A stretch of DNA of 64,000 nucleotides from NCBI GenBank assembly GCA_031374245.1, contig JANMFO010000206.1, forward strand, positions 909 to 64,908, written 5' to 3'. Below are positions 9,447-17,847 of the stretch, one piece after another (position 1 is the first letter of the stretch; each line of letters starts with the position of its first letter). The translations under genes were made by a program, and so were the position numbers. The DNA comes from Chitinophagaceae bacterium (GTDB taxonomy: Bacteria; Bacteroidota; Bacteroidia; Chitinophagales; Chitinophagaceae). Under the pieces are notes generated by a model that made no database searches, was not told where the DNA came from, and saw only the letters and a list, made by a program, of their open reading frames with translations.

Positions 9447-10691
9447 ATGTCAATAAGAGAAAAATTCGAAGTACCAAAGCGATATAATACAGTATCTATA
9501 GCATTGATGTTGCTTGGTATTATTGCGATTGTTGCTTTATACATGAGCACACATGGCAGTGGCGGTACAGCAGAAGAAAAAAATTTACAGGACGCAAGGT
9601 TCTGGGCAAGCCTGTTGCAAAACAGTGTTTATTTCTTATTGGTAGTAAACGCTTCAATGTTTTTTATCTGTGCTACCACTTTGGCATGGGGCGGATGGCA
9701 AATGGCATTTCGCCGGGTTCCCGAAGCTATATCTGCGGTAGTGCCGGTTATTGGCGTTATTGCGTTAGCAATTCTTTTATCAATAGCATTTGGTGGCAAC
9801 CATACAATTTTTCACTGGACAGATACTGAGCATGTAAAGCATGATGCTGTTCTTAATTTCAAAAAAGGGTTTTTAAATAAAAACTTCTTTGCAGTAGTAA
9901 CAGTACTTACTATCGGCCTATGGTCATTGCTTGGATGGAAGATTCGTAAGCTATCCCGCAGCCTGGACGAAAGACCGCTGGCCACAAGAGAAGAAGCTAA
10001 AAAATATATCTGGAATAATACAGTTTGGGCGGCACTTTTTATGGTTGTGTTTGCTTTAACCGTAATGTCTTCTATTCCATGGCTCTGGCTGATGAGTATT
10101 GATGCACACTGGTACAGCACCATGTATAGCTGGTACACTTTTGCCAGTACGTTTGTGGCTGGTATGGCACTAATTTGTTTGTTTGTTGTGTTTCTGAAAA
10201 ACAGCGGTTACCTGGAATATACCAATGAAGAACACCTGCATGATATTGGTAAGTTCATGTTTGCCTTTTCTGTATTCTGGACCTACCTGTGGTTTTCACA
10301 GTTCATGCTTATCTGGTATGCCAACATTCCGGAAGAAACAACTTACTTTAAACCGAGGGCACAGGGAATATATAGCGGAATATTCTGGATGATGTTTATA
10401 ATCAATTTCCTTGCTCCGTTGTTAATATTAATGAGAAGGAGTTCCAAGAGAAATTATACAACTATAACTTTTATGTCACTGCTTATCATATTTGGTCACT
10501 GGCTGGATTTCTTCCAGATGGTATTTCCGGGAGTGGCAAAAGATAAAGTACCAATGCTGTTATATGATTTTGGAGTGGCATTAGGATTTGTTGGATTAAT
10601 AATGTTCGTTACCGGTAAGGCATTAAGCAAAGCGCCATTGCTGGCAAAAAACCACCCGTTTGTAAAAGAAAGTATAATACATCATACCTAA
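9447..10691 (+). CDS. actF: Alternative complex III subunit ActF (NrfD-like membrane subunit)
   Basis: 414-aa polytopic membrane protein and last gene of the act cluster. Confidence 0.8.
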   Translation: MSIREKFEVPKRYNTVSIALMLLGIIAIVALYMSTHGSGGTAEEKNLQDARFWASLLQNSVYFLLVVNASMFFICATTLAWGGWQMAFRRVPEAISAVVPVIGVIALAILLSIAFGGNHTIFHWTDTEHVKHDAVLNFKKGFLNKNFFAVVTVLTIGLWSLLGWKIRKLSRSLDERPLATREEAKKYIWNNTVWAALFMVVFALTVMSSIPWLWLMSIDAHWYSTMYSWYTFASTFVAGMALICLFVVFLKNSGYLEYTNEEHLHDIGKFMFAFSVFWTYLWFSQFMLIWYANIPEETTYFKPRAQGIYSGIFWMMFIINFLAPLLILMRRSSKRNYTTITFMSLLIIFGHWLDFFQMVFPGVAKDKVPMLLYDFGVALGFVGLIMFVTGKALSKAPLLAKNHPFVKESIIHHT

Positions 10692-10753
10692 CGGTTTGAT
10701 GACGAATGTATAAGTTGATAAGTTAATCAGGTAGAAAAATTGAATTATAGTTT

Positions 10754-11797
10754 ATGCAAACATTTTTCATCGTTGCAATTTTAGGATTGGGTTTTCTGAT
10801 AACCTTTCAGATAGCCAAGGCCAGTGAATACGTAGCTGTTTTGCGTGGCGAAGAAAGGGCCCGTAAGCAAAGCAATAAAATAAACGCTTTTATGTTGCTG
10901 GCATTCCTGATTATTGGTCTTATCGGAGTGTATTATTGTAATGTAAAACTCAGTGGAAAAATTTTAGGTGAACCTGCTTCAGATCATGGGGTACTGATTG
11001 ACAGGATGCTTTATATTACGATTGGTCTTACAGGCATCGTTTTCGTTATTACTCAGGTTGCCTTGTTCTGGTTTTCATACAAGTACCAGGAATCAGATAC
11101 CAGAAAAGCATATTACTATCCTCATAATAATAAGTTGGAATTAATCTGGACAGTAATTCCTGCTATTGCACTGACAGTACTGGTTGGATTTGGATTATTT
11201 TACTGGTTTAAAATAACCGGAGACGCTCCGAAGAATGCTATGCAGGTGGAAGTAGTTGGTAAGCAGTTTGGCTGGGAATTCCGCTACCCGGGCAGAGATG
11301 GAATTTTAGGAAAGAAATATTTTAAGAATATTGATGCTGCCAAAAATAACCCTGTTGGCCAGATATGGGAAGACCCGGCAAACCATGATGATTTATGGAT
11401 GGAGCAGGAAATGCACCTGGTAGTAAATAAGCCTGTAAAACTGGTGATTGGTGCTAAAGATGTTATACATGATGTAGGGCTTGTACATTTCAGAATGAAA
11501 ATGGATGCAGTACCGGGTACACCAACAACAATGTGGTTTACTCCAACGTACACTACAAAACAAATGCAGGAAAAAACGGGGAACCCGGATTTTGTTTATG
11601 AAATATCCTGCGACCAGATGTGTGGTAAAGGACACTGGAGCATGAGAGGAATAATTGTTGTAGAAACACAGGAAGAATTTGATATGTGGCTTGCAAAAAA
11701 GAAACCACAGTACCTGGTAGCTAATCCCGACAAGGATCCATCAGCACCTAAAGCGGACAGTGTAAAAGTTGTAGCAGCGGTAATAAATGGAAAATAA
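10754..11797 (+). CDS. coxB: Cytochrome c oxidase subunit II (CuA subunit, no fused cytochrome c)
   Basis: N-terminal TM helices and CuA ligands (VIHDV...; CDQMCGKGHWSM). No CxxCH motif in the C-terminus. Confidence 0.88.
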   Translation: MQTFFIVAILGLGFLITFQIAKASEYVAVLRGEERARKQSNKINAFMLLAFLIIGLIGVYYCNVKLSGKILGEPASDHGVLIDRMLYITIGLTGIVFVITQVALFWFSYKYQESDTRKAYYYPHNNKLELIWTVIPAIALTVLVGFGLFYWFKITGDAPKNAMQVEVVGKQFGWEFRYPGRDGILGKKYFKNIDAAKNNPVGQIWEDPANHDDLWMEQEMHLVVNKPVKLVIGAKDVIHDVGLVHFRMKMDAVPGTPTTMWFTPTYTTKQMQEKTGNPDFVYEISCDQMCGKGHWSMRGIIVVETQEEFDMWLAKKKPQYLVANPDKDPSAPKADSVKVVAAVINGK

Positions 11798-11828
11798 ACG
11801 ACGCCAAACCCAAACGTCGGCAATATAA

Positions 11829-11862
11829 AATGATTTTAGAAAAACCCCTTTAGGGGATGGGG
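11829..11862 (+). repeat. Copy A of the conserved intercistronic element AATGATTTT-AGAA-CCCCTTTAGGGGATGGGG
   Basis: Near-identical to 15532-15566. CCCC-TTTA-GGGG hairpin followed by ATGGGG. Ends 16 nt before the coxI ATG. Confidence 0.7.
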
Positions 11863-11878
11863 CACAAAATATAAGAAT

Positions 11879-13693
11879 ATGAGCGACGCAATGAATGTAC
11901 ATTCCGAAGTAGCAATGGGACATGCTATAGTGCATGACGATCATCATGGACATGGTCACCATAAGGAAACGTTTATTTCTAAGTACGTTTTCAGTATGGA
12001 TCATAAAACTATTGCCAAACAGTTTTTGATTACTGGTATTATATGGGCCATCATAGGAGGTTTATTTTCTGTACTCTTCCGATTACAACTGGGTTATCCT
12101 GATCAGTCATTCCCAATTTTAGAAACATTTTTTGGTCATTGGGCAAAAGGCGGACAAATACAACCAGAATTTTATTATGCATTAGTTACTATGCACGGAA
12201 CGGTGCTGGTATTCTTTGTACTGACAGCAGGGCTTAGCGGAACATTTGCCAACTTTCTTATTCCGTTGCAGATTGGTGCAAGGGATATGGCTTCTCCATT
12301 TCTGAATATGCTTTCTTACTGGTTTTTCTTTTTAGCCAGTGTGATAATGATTTCATCATTATTTATTTCTACCGGCCCTGCATCAGGGGGATGGACGATT
12401 TATCCACCGCTAAGTGCATTAGGTCAGGCTTCAGATGGTTCTAAATTAGGAATGGATTTGTGGTTAGTGAGTATGGCAATGTTTATCGTGTCATCATTAT
12501 TGGGAGGCTTAAATTATATCTCTACAATTCTTAATCTTCGTACCAAGGGAATGAGCATGACAAGATTGCCGCTGACCATCTGGGCATTATTCTTTACAGC
12601 AGTTCTTGGTGTACTTTCTTTCCCAGTATTACTTTCAGGGGCTATCCTTTTGTTATTCGACAGAAACCTGGGTACAAGTTTCTTCCTGAGTGATATAGTA
12701 GTGAATGGTGAAATATTACCAAACGAAGGTGGAAGTGCCATTTTGTTCCAGCACTTGTTCTGGTTCTTAGGTCATCCGGAAGTATATATCATCTTATTAC
12801 CAGCGATGGGAATGGTATCTGAAATATTATCAGTCAATAGCCGGAAGCCGATATTCGGTTACATGGCAATGCTGGGTTCATTATTTGCTATTACAATTTT
12901 AGCCTTCTTGGTTTGGGCGCACCATATGTTTGTTACGGGATTGAATCCATTCCTTGGTTCCGTATTTGTGTTGCTGACACTATTGATTGCGGTGCCGTCG
13001 GCTATTAAAGTATTTAACTGGCTGACGACATTATGGAGAGGTAATATCAGGTTTACACCTGCTACCTTATTTGCGATTGGTTTTGTAAGTTTATTTATAT
13101 CTGGCGGATTAACAGGTATTTTCCTTGGAAACTCTACGATTGATATTCACCTGCATGACACCATGTTTGTAGTGGCACACTTCCATATAGTAATGGGCGT
13201 GGCCTCTATGTTCGGAATGTTTGCCGGTATTTATCACTGGTTCCCGAAAATGTTTGGCCGTTATCTTAATAGTACTTTGGGCTATATCCACTTCTGGGTT
13301 ACGATGGTAGGAGCTTACCTGATTTTCTGGCCGATGCACTACCAGGGATTAGCAGGTATACCACGCCGTTACTTAGACAAAAGAGGATGGACATCATTCA
13401 ATGGCTTTCCTGAATTGGATAAAATGATGACCATCGTTTCTATCATTGTATTTGCAGTACAACTGATGTTTGTGTTTAATTTCTTTTACTCAATTTTTAA
13501 AGGAAGAAAAGTGACTACGCAGAACCCATGGGGTGCGAATACACTGGAATGGACTACACCTCTTCGTCCGGGACATGGTAACTGGGAAGGGGAAATTCCT
13601 GAAGTTCATCGCTGGGCTTACGATTATGCCAAAGACGGAAGAGAGTTTATTCCGCAAACAGAACCGATTGGAGAAAATGAGAGCAAACATTAG
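11879..13693 (+). CDS. ctaD: Cytochrome c oxidase subunit I
   Basis: 604 aa with more than 12 TM helices. Heme-copper oxidase motifs FLGHPEVYIILLP, WAHHMF and VAHFHIV. Confidence 0.96.
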   Translation: MSDAMNVHSEVAMGHAIVHDDHHGHGHHKETFISKYVFSMDHKTIAKQFLITGIIWAIIGGLFSVLFRLQLGYPDQSFPILETFFGHWAKGGQIQPEFYYALVTMHGTVLVFFVLTAGLSGTFANFLIPLQIGARDMASPFLNMLSYWFFFLASVIMISSLFISTGPASGGWTIYPPLSALGQASDGSKLGMDLWLVSMAMFIVSSLLGGLNYISTILNLRTKGMSMTRLPLTIWALFFTAVLGVLSFPVLLSGAILLLFDRNLGTSFFLSDIVVNGEILPNEGGSAILFQHLFWFLGHPEVYIILLPAMGMVSEILSVNSRKPIFGYMAMLGSLFAITILAFLVWAHHMFVTGLNPFLGSVFVLLTLLIAVPSAIKVFNWLTTLWRGNIRFTPATLFAIGFVSLFISGGLTGIFLGNSTIDIHLHDTMFVVAHFHIVMGVASMFGMFAGIYHWFPKMFGRYLNSTLGYIHFWVTMVGAYLIFWPMHYQGLAGIPRRYLDKRGWTSFNGFPELDKMMTIVSIIVFAVQLMFVFNFFYSIFKGRKVTTQNPWGANTLEWTTPLRPGHGNWEGEIPEVHRWAYDYAKDGREFIPQTEPIGENESKH

Positions 13694-13698
13694 TTCTA

Positions 13699-13726
13699 AG
13701 TCTTGAGTCGTTAGTCAGGAGTCATA
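13699..13726. repeat. Heptad tandem repeat (AGTCNNN)x4
   Basis: AGTCTTG AGTCGTT AGTCAGG AGTCATA, starting 6 nt after the coxI stop. Confidence 0.6.
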
Positions 13727-13777
13727 GACATTAGAGTGCAGAAGATCATTATTTATTTGAATGTGTTTTGATAGATA

Positions 13778-13790
13778 ACCCCGTAGGGGT
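13778..13790. repeat. GC-rich hairpin ACCCC-GTA-GGGGT
   Basis: Perfect 5-bp stem in an AT-rich spacer. Related to the CCCC/GGGG hairpins at 11845 and 15548. Confidence 0.55.
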
Positions 13791-13803
13791 AAAATGTTAG
13801 TAG

Positions 13804-13822
13804 CTCCGGGTGAAACCCGGAG
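13804..13822. repeat. GC-rich hairpin CTCCGGG-TGAAA-CCCGGAG
   Basis: Perfect 7-bp stem. No flanking T-run on either strand. Confidence 0.6.
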
Positions 13823-13845
13823 AAATGATAACGACAAAAGTATTT

Positions 13846-13862
13846 GAACCCTGTAGGGGTTC
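13846..13862. repeat. Hairpin GAACCC-TGTAG-GGGTTC
   Basis: Perfect 6-bp stem with a 5-nt loop. Confidence 0.55.
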
Positions 13863-14011
13863 AACAAAAGAGATTGCAGCAAGTGAATTTTTGAAAGTGT
13901 AAGAGTAGTTGCAAATGCCGGGTAGCGAACAGAACGATGAAGAGTGCGATGCAACAGGCGATGATAGTAGTGCAGAAGATGGGAACATAAATTTTTATGT
14001 TCTTTATATAA

Positions 14012-14905
14012 GTGAAGGCTGACATGAAGAAGATTAAAGATTACTTACAGTTAATGAAGCCTTCGCTGAGTATCATGGTGGTGTTCAGTAGTATTATTAG
14101 TTTTTTGCTGACACAGGGTTCGGAGAATTATGTGGCGATATGGAAAATGATATTCTTGCTCTTTGCAGGTGGGATGCTGGTAACAGGCAGTGCTAATGCC
14201 ATAAACCAAGTAGTTGAAAAAGATACCGATGCGCAGATGAAGCGGACAGCAACACGTCCGGTAGCAGCTGGCCGCATGAGTGTAACGGAAGGGTGGATTT
14301 TTTCCATTGTAACCGGTGCATTGGGAGTTTTTATTCTCGGTCATTATTTTAACTGGCTGACAGCAGGATTAGCAGCGTTTAGTTTGTTCTTGTATGCATT
14401 TATCTATACCCCGTTGAAGAAAGTAAATTCGATAGCGGTGTTGATGGGTGCTGTGCCGGGAGCATTGCCTTGTTTGATTGGCTGGGCAGCAGGGGATAAT
14501 AATTTAGCAGTCGGTGGCTGGGTATTATTTGCTTTTCAATTCTTTTGGCAATTCCCGCATTTTTGGGCTATTGCCTGGGTGGCGCACAAGGATTACTCAT
14601 CTGTTGGATTTAAATTATTGCCGGCTGACAAAGGACCAACAAAATTTACAGCGATGCAGACTATAATGTATTCGTTGTTATTGATACCGGTTACACTGGC
14701 TCCTTATTTTGTAGGCATGTGTAGCTACGATGATACGCAGGGAATAATAAGTTTGGCGTTAATAGGGTTAGCCAACCTGTTTATGATAGGAAGGTGCGTG
14801 ACTCTATATAAAAAGATGGATGTAGGTTCGGCAAGGCAGGTGATGTTTGGAAGTTATATGTATTTGCCGGTAGTGATGTTAGCAATGTTATTAAGCAAAG
14901 TTTAA
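14012..14905 (+). CDS. cyoE: Protoheme IX farnesyltransferase (heme O synthase)
   Basis: UbiA-family polytopic protein with NQVVEKDTDAQMKRT (NxxxDxxxD-type motif) in an oxidase-operon context. Start is either GTG 14012 or ATG 14024. Confidence 0.9.
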   Translation: MKADMKKIKDYLQLMKPSLSIMVVFSSIISFLLTQGSENYVAIWKMIFLLFAGGMLVTGSANAINQVVEKDTDAQMKRTATRPVAAGRMSVTEGWIFSIVTGALGVFILGHYFNWLTAGLAAFSLFLYAFIYTPLKKVNSIAVLMGAVPGALPCLIGWAAGDNNLAVGGWVLFAFQFFWQFPHFWAIAWVAHKDYSSVGFKLLPADKGPTKFTAMQTIMYSLLLIPVTLAPYFVGMCSYDDTQGIISLALIGLANLFMIGRCVTLYKKMDVGSARQVMFGSYMYLPVVMLAMLLSKV

Positions 14906-14919
14906 TTATAAAAGAAGAG

Positions 14920-15489
14920 ATGGAGATCGTGAGTGAAAAACAACGACAAAAAATGCATCCCCACAAGTTTACACTTTGGGTAGCTATTGGCAGTATTGTA
15001 ATGATGTTTGCCGGTTTGACAAGTGCTTTTATTGTAAAGAGCAACCAGACAAACTGGAAAACGGTTACACTGCCAAAAGCATTCTGGGTTTCTACTGCTG
15101 TTATTATTATCAGCAGTCTTACACTTCAGATGGCCTTAAGGTCTTTTAAACAAAGGGAAATGAACAAGTACCGTTCATTGATTGGAATAACATTACTATT
15201 GGGGGTAGCGTTTGTGGTATTACAATGGATAGGTTTCCAGGATTTATGGGCACAAAACATAACCTTTAAAGGAGCCGGTGCCGGCCAGTTCTTATATGTG
15301 ATTTTTGGTTTACATGCACTGCATGTAATCGGCGGAATAATTACTTTGATAGTGATGTTTATCAAAGCCTTTGTTGGTAAAGTGAAACTGTATAGTTCGG
15401 TACCAGTGGAAGTGATGGCGATTTACTGGCATTTTGTAGATATACTTTGGATTTATTTGTTATTGTTCTTTTTGATTATAGGTGGATAA
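14920..15489 (+). CDS. Cytochrome c oxidase subunit III-like protein (short form)
   Basis: 189 aa with 5 TM helices. C-terminal YWHFVDILWIYLL is characteristic of the subunit III family. Confidence 0.75.
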   Translation: MEIVSEKQRQKMHPHKFTLWVAIGSIVMMFAGLTSAFIVKSNQTNWKTVTLPKAFWVSTAVIIISSLTLQMALRSFKQREMNKYRSLIGITLLLGVAFVVLQWIGFQDLWAQNITFKGAGAGQFLYVIFGLHALHVIGGIITLIVMFIKAFVGKVKLYSSVPVEVMAIYWHFVDILWIYLLLFFLIIGG

Positions 15490-15531
15490 TAATTGATACC
15501 TCATCCCGAAAAGGTATTATGTGAATAGTTT

Positions 15532-15566
15532 AATGATTTTCAGAACCCCCCTTTAGGGGATGGGGG
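15532..15566 (+). repeat. Copy B of the conserved intercistronic element
   Basis: AATGATTTTCAGAACCCCCCTTTAGGGGATGGGGG. Ends 14 nt before ATG 15581. Confidence 0.7.
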
Positions 15567-16456
15567 TAAATTTTATAAACATGGCTACACAAGCAACAGT
15601 ACATCAGACCAAGTGGTGGAGTGGCGGTAAAAGTCCCTTCAACCTGGAGTATGGTAAAGTGATGATGTGGTATTTTTTGATGAGTGACGCTTTTACTTTT
15701 GGCGCATTCCTTATTTCGTATGGCTCCATTCGTTTCAGTCAGAACTTCTGGCCCGATCCGAACGTAGTGTTCAATGCGTTTCCGGGTGCAGGCCATGCTA
15801 ACCTTCCTTTGGCGTTTGTTAGTGTGATGACGTTTATACTTATCATCAGTTCTGTTACTATGGTACTGGCAGTACATGCAGGACACAAAGGAGATAAGCA
15901 AGGTGTTATCAAATGGCTTGCCTGGACTATCGTTGGTGGTTTGGCATTCCTTGGTTGCCAAGCATGGGAGTGGCATCACCTTATTACCGGTGAACATGCT
16001 GTACTGATGGATGGTCAGATTCAACTGATTGGACAAACTACCAGTGTGAATCCATGGGGGAAATTGGTTGAAGATAATGCTGCTTTAACGGCTGCTTTAA
16101 ATAGTACACCGCATGATGCATTGGTTTCTTTAGTACATAGTCATGATCATTCACATCCGGTAAAAGAATTAGCAGCGATGTCTGATACGCAACTTCGTGG
16201 TATGGTTGATATAGCAGAAATGCATATCCGTGAAAAAGGACCTGTTGCATTTGGTGGGTACTTTTATGGCATTACCGGCTTCCACGGTTTCCATGTATTT
16301 TCCGGTGTTGTAATCAATGTTATTATGCTGGCGATGACACAGAATAATGTATTTGCCAACAGGGGCCATTACCTGATGATTGAAAAAGCAGGTTTATACT
16401 GGCACTTTGTAGATTTGGTATGGGTATTTGTATTCCTTTGTTTTTATCTTATATAA
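15560..16456 (+). CDS. ctaE: Cytochrome c oxidase subunit III (long form with a soluble insertion)
   Basis: YWHFVDLVWVFVFL and GFHGFHV motifs. ATG 15560 lies inside repeat copy B, so the more likely start is ATG 15581 (MATQATV...). Confidence 0.8.
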   Translation: MGVNFINMATQATVHQTKWWSGGKSPFNLEYGKVMMWYFLMSDAFTFGAFLISYGSIRFSQNFWPDPNVVFNAFPGAGHANLPLAFVSVMTFILIISSVTMVLAVHAGHKGDKQGVIKWLAWTIVGGLAFLGCQAWEWHHLITGEHAVLMDGQIQLIGQTTSVNPWGKLVEDNAALTAALNSTPHDALVSLVHSHDHSHPVKELAAMSDTQLRGMVDIAEMHIREKGPVAFGGYFYGITGFHGFHVFSGVVINVIMLAMTQNNVFANRGHYLMIEKAGLYWHFVDLVWVFVFLCFYLI

Positions 16457-16474
16457 CGGATTTTAAAATTATTA

Positions 16475-16951
16475 TTGAAATTTTCAGATATGGATCATCA
16501 ACATACAACGGTATCTCCGGAAGTAACTTTTGAACATCATCATTCGGATGCAGAGTTCAAAAGAAGGGTAAGAAAAACAACCATTCTCTTATCAGTGCTT
16601 ACTGTAATTGAACTTGGAATAGGTTTAGCTATTTACACTATTCATAAAGGGGATAGCCCCAATGCTATGCTGATACTGATGTTTAAAGGAGTGGTTTGTA
16701 TATTGACACTGGCCAAAGCTTACTACATTGTTTCAGTATTTATGCACCTGGGTGATGAGATACGGAATATGATTATGACGATAGTAGTGCCACTAATGTT
16801 ATTTATATGGTTTATCATAGCATTTATTTATGAGGGTAATTCGTATAAGAACCTCCGTAATACATATGACAAGCATTTTAAGGAAACAACGATGCCAACC
16901 GAACATCATAAGACTGAGGCACCAGTTGAGAAAAAAAGTGGAAAAGAATAA
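16475..16951 (+). CDS. Cytochrome c oxidase subunit IV-like small membrane protein
   Basis: Three TM helices directly after the subunit III gene. Likely start is ATG 16490 (MDHQHTT...). Confidence 0.6.
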   Translation: MKFSDMDHQHTTVSPEVTFEHHHSDAEFKRRVRKTTILLSVLTVIELGIGLAIYTIHKGDSPNAMLILMFKGVVCILTLAKAYYIVSVFMHLGDEIRNMIMTIVVPLMLFIWFIIAFIYEGNSYKNLRNTYDKHFKETTMPTEHHKTEAPVEKKSGKE

Positions 16952-16979
16952 TAACTAATTAATAGATTTTTTCAGAACC

Positions 16980-17035
16980 AAAACCATTGAACCAGTATCT
17001 GTAAGAAAACAGGTTTGGTTGAATGGTTTTCATTT
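16980..17035 (+). terminator. Long stem-loop followed by a T-rich tract (attenuator- or terminator-like), overlapping the annotated sco start
   Basis: AAAACCATTGAACCA (16980-16994) pairs with TGGTTGAATGGTTTT (17016-17030) at 14/15 positions. It is followed by CATTTT. ATG 17023 lies in the 3' arm. Confidence 0.4.
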
Positions 17036-17841
17036 TAAATAGCAGAGTGAATAAAAAAGCTTTATATGCGGTGATGCTGGCCATGTTACTGCCGTTGGTA
17101 TCTTATTTTATTGTAAAAAGAAAAAGCGAAACAGCTGTTGCTATGCCAAGGCATTACTTTCCTGATTCGGTAGTTACGAAAACAAAGAATGGAAAAAGAG
17201 TAACGGACACCGCCTGGCATCAATTGGCCAATTTTGCATTAACTAACCAGGAAGGCCGCCCGGTATCATGGGATAGCCTGAAAGGTAAAATTATAATTGC
17301 GGATTTCTTCTTCACTCATTGCCCTACTATCTGCCCCGGACTTACGAGAAATATGAAGCGGCTGGCTGAATCCATCAATAACGGGAAAAGGGTGGGAGAT
17401 AAAGCCAATAAGCAGGTGCATTTTCTTTCTTTTAGTATTGATTCAGAAAGGGATTCGGTAGAGCGGTTAAAATACTGGGCAGATAAATATCAAATCAATC
17501 CGGAGAACTGGTGGTTGCTTACTGGTAAGAAGAAAGATATTTATGATTTCAGCATTAATGAGATGAAGATTGGTGTGCAAGATGGAGAAGGTGTTGATAC
17601 CAATTTTATACATAGTGATAAGTTTGTATTGATTGACAGCAACCGGCATGTAAGGGGCTATTATGACGGACTTGATACTGTTTCATTAGCTAAACTATCT
17701 TCTGACCTGGTATTGCTTACCCTGGAAAAAGACCCAAAACAAAGAAGCTTTTTTGCCGGGAAACTGCAATTAATGGCTGTTGTTTTTTTGGTTGCTATGA
17801 TGGGCGCAGGACTACTTATTTACTTTATCAGGAAAAAATAA
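17023..17841 (+). CDS. SCO1/SenC copper chaperone (thioredoxin fold)
   Basis: FFFTHCPTICP CxxxC motif, an N-terminal TM anchor and an extra C-terminal TM helix. An alternative GTG start near 17047 is possible. Confidence 0.85.
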   Translation: MVFILNSRVNKKALYAVMLAMLLPLVSYFIVKRKSETAVAMPRHYFPDSVVTKTKNGKRVTDTAWHQLANFALTNQEGRPVSWDSLKGKIIIADFFFTHCPTICPGLTRNMKRLAESINNGKRVGDKANKQVHFLSFSIDSERDSVERLKYWADKYQINPENWWLLTGKKKDIYDFSINEMKIGVQDGEGVDTNFIHSDKFVLIDSNRHVRGYYDGLDTVSLAKLSSDLVLLTLEKDPKQRSFFAGKLQLMAVVFLVAMMGAGLLIYFIRKK

Positions 17842-17847
17842 ATTATA

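Noticed and set aside
13778-13862. The three GC-rich hairpins considered as a mini CRISPR array or as intrinsic terminators.
   Set aside because: The stems differ in sequence and spacing and no cas genes are present. None is followed by a T-run on either strand.
13735-13980. The 12-nt direct repeats AGTGCAGAAGAT considered as the target-site duplication of a MITE.
   Set aside because: No terminal inverted repeats lie just inside the direct repeats, and no second copy of the 222-bp core is visible in the window. It is retained only as one hypothesis in the spacer finding.
13715-13988. ORFs 13715..13954 and 13797..13988 (-) in the coxI-cyoE spacer.
   Set aside because: Both are antisense to the operon. 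Their translations are dominated by the hairpin and repeat sequences (NPYRV, PLRGY), and nothing resembles a protein family.
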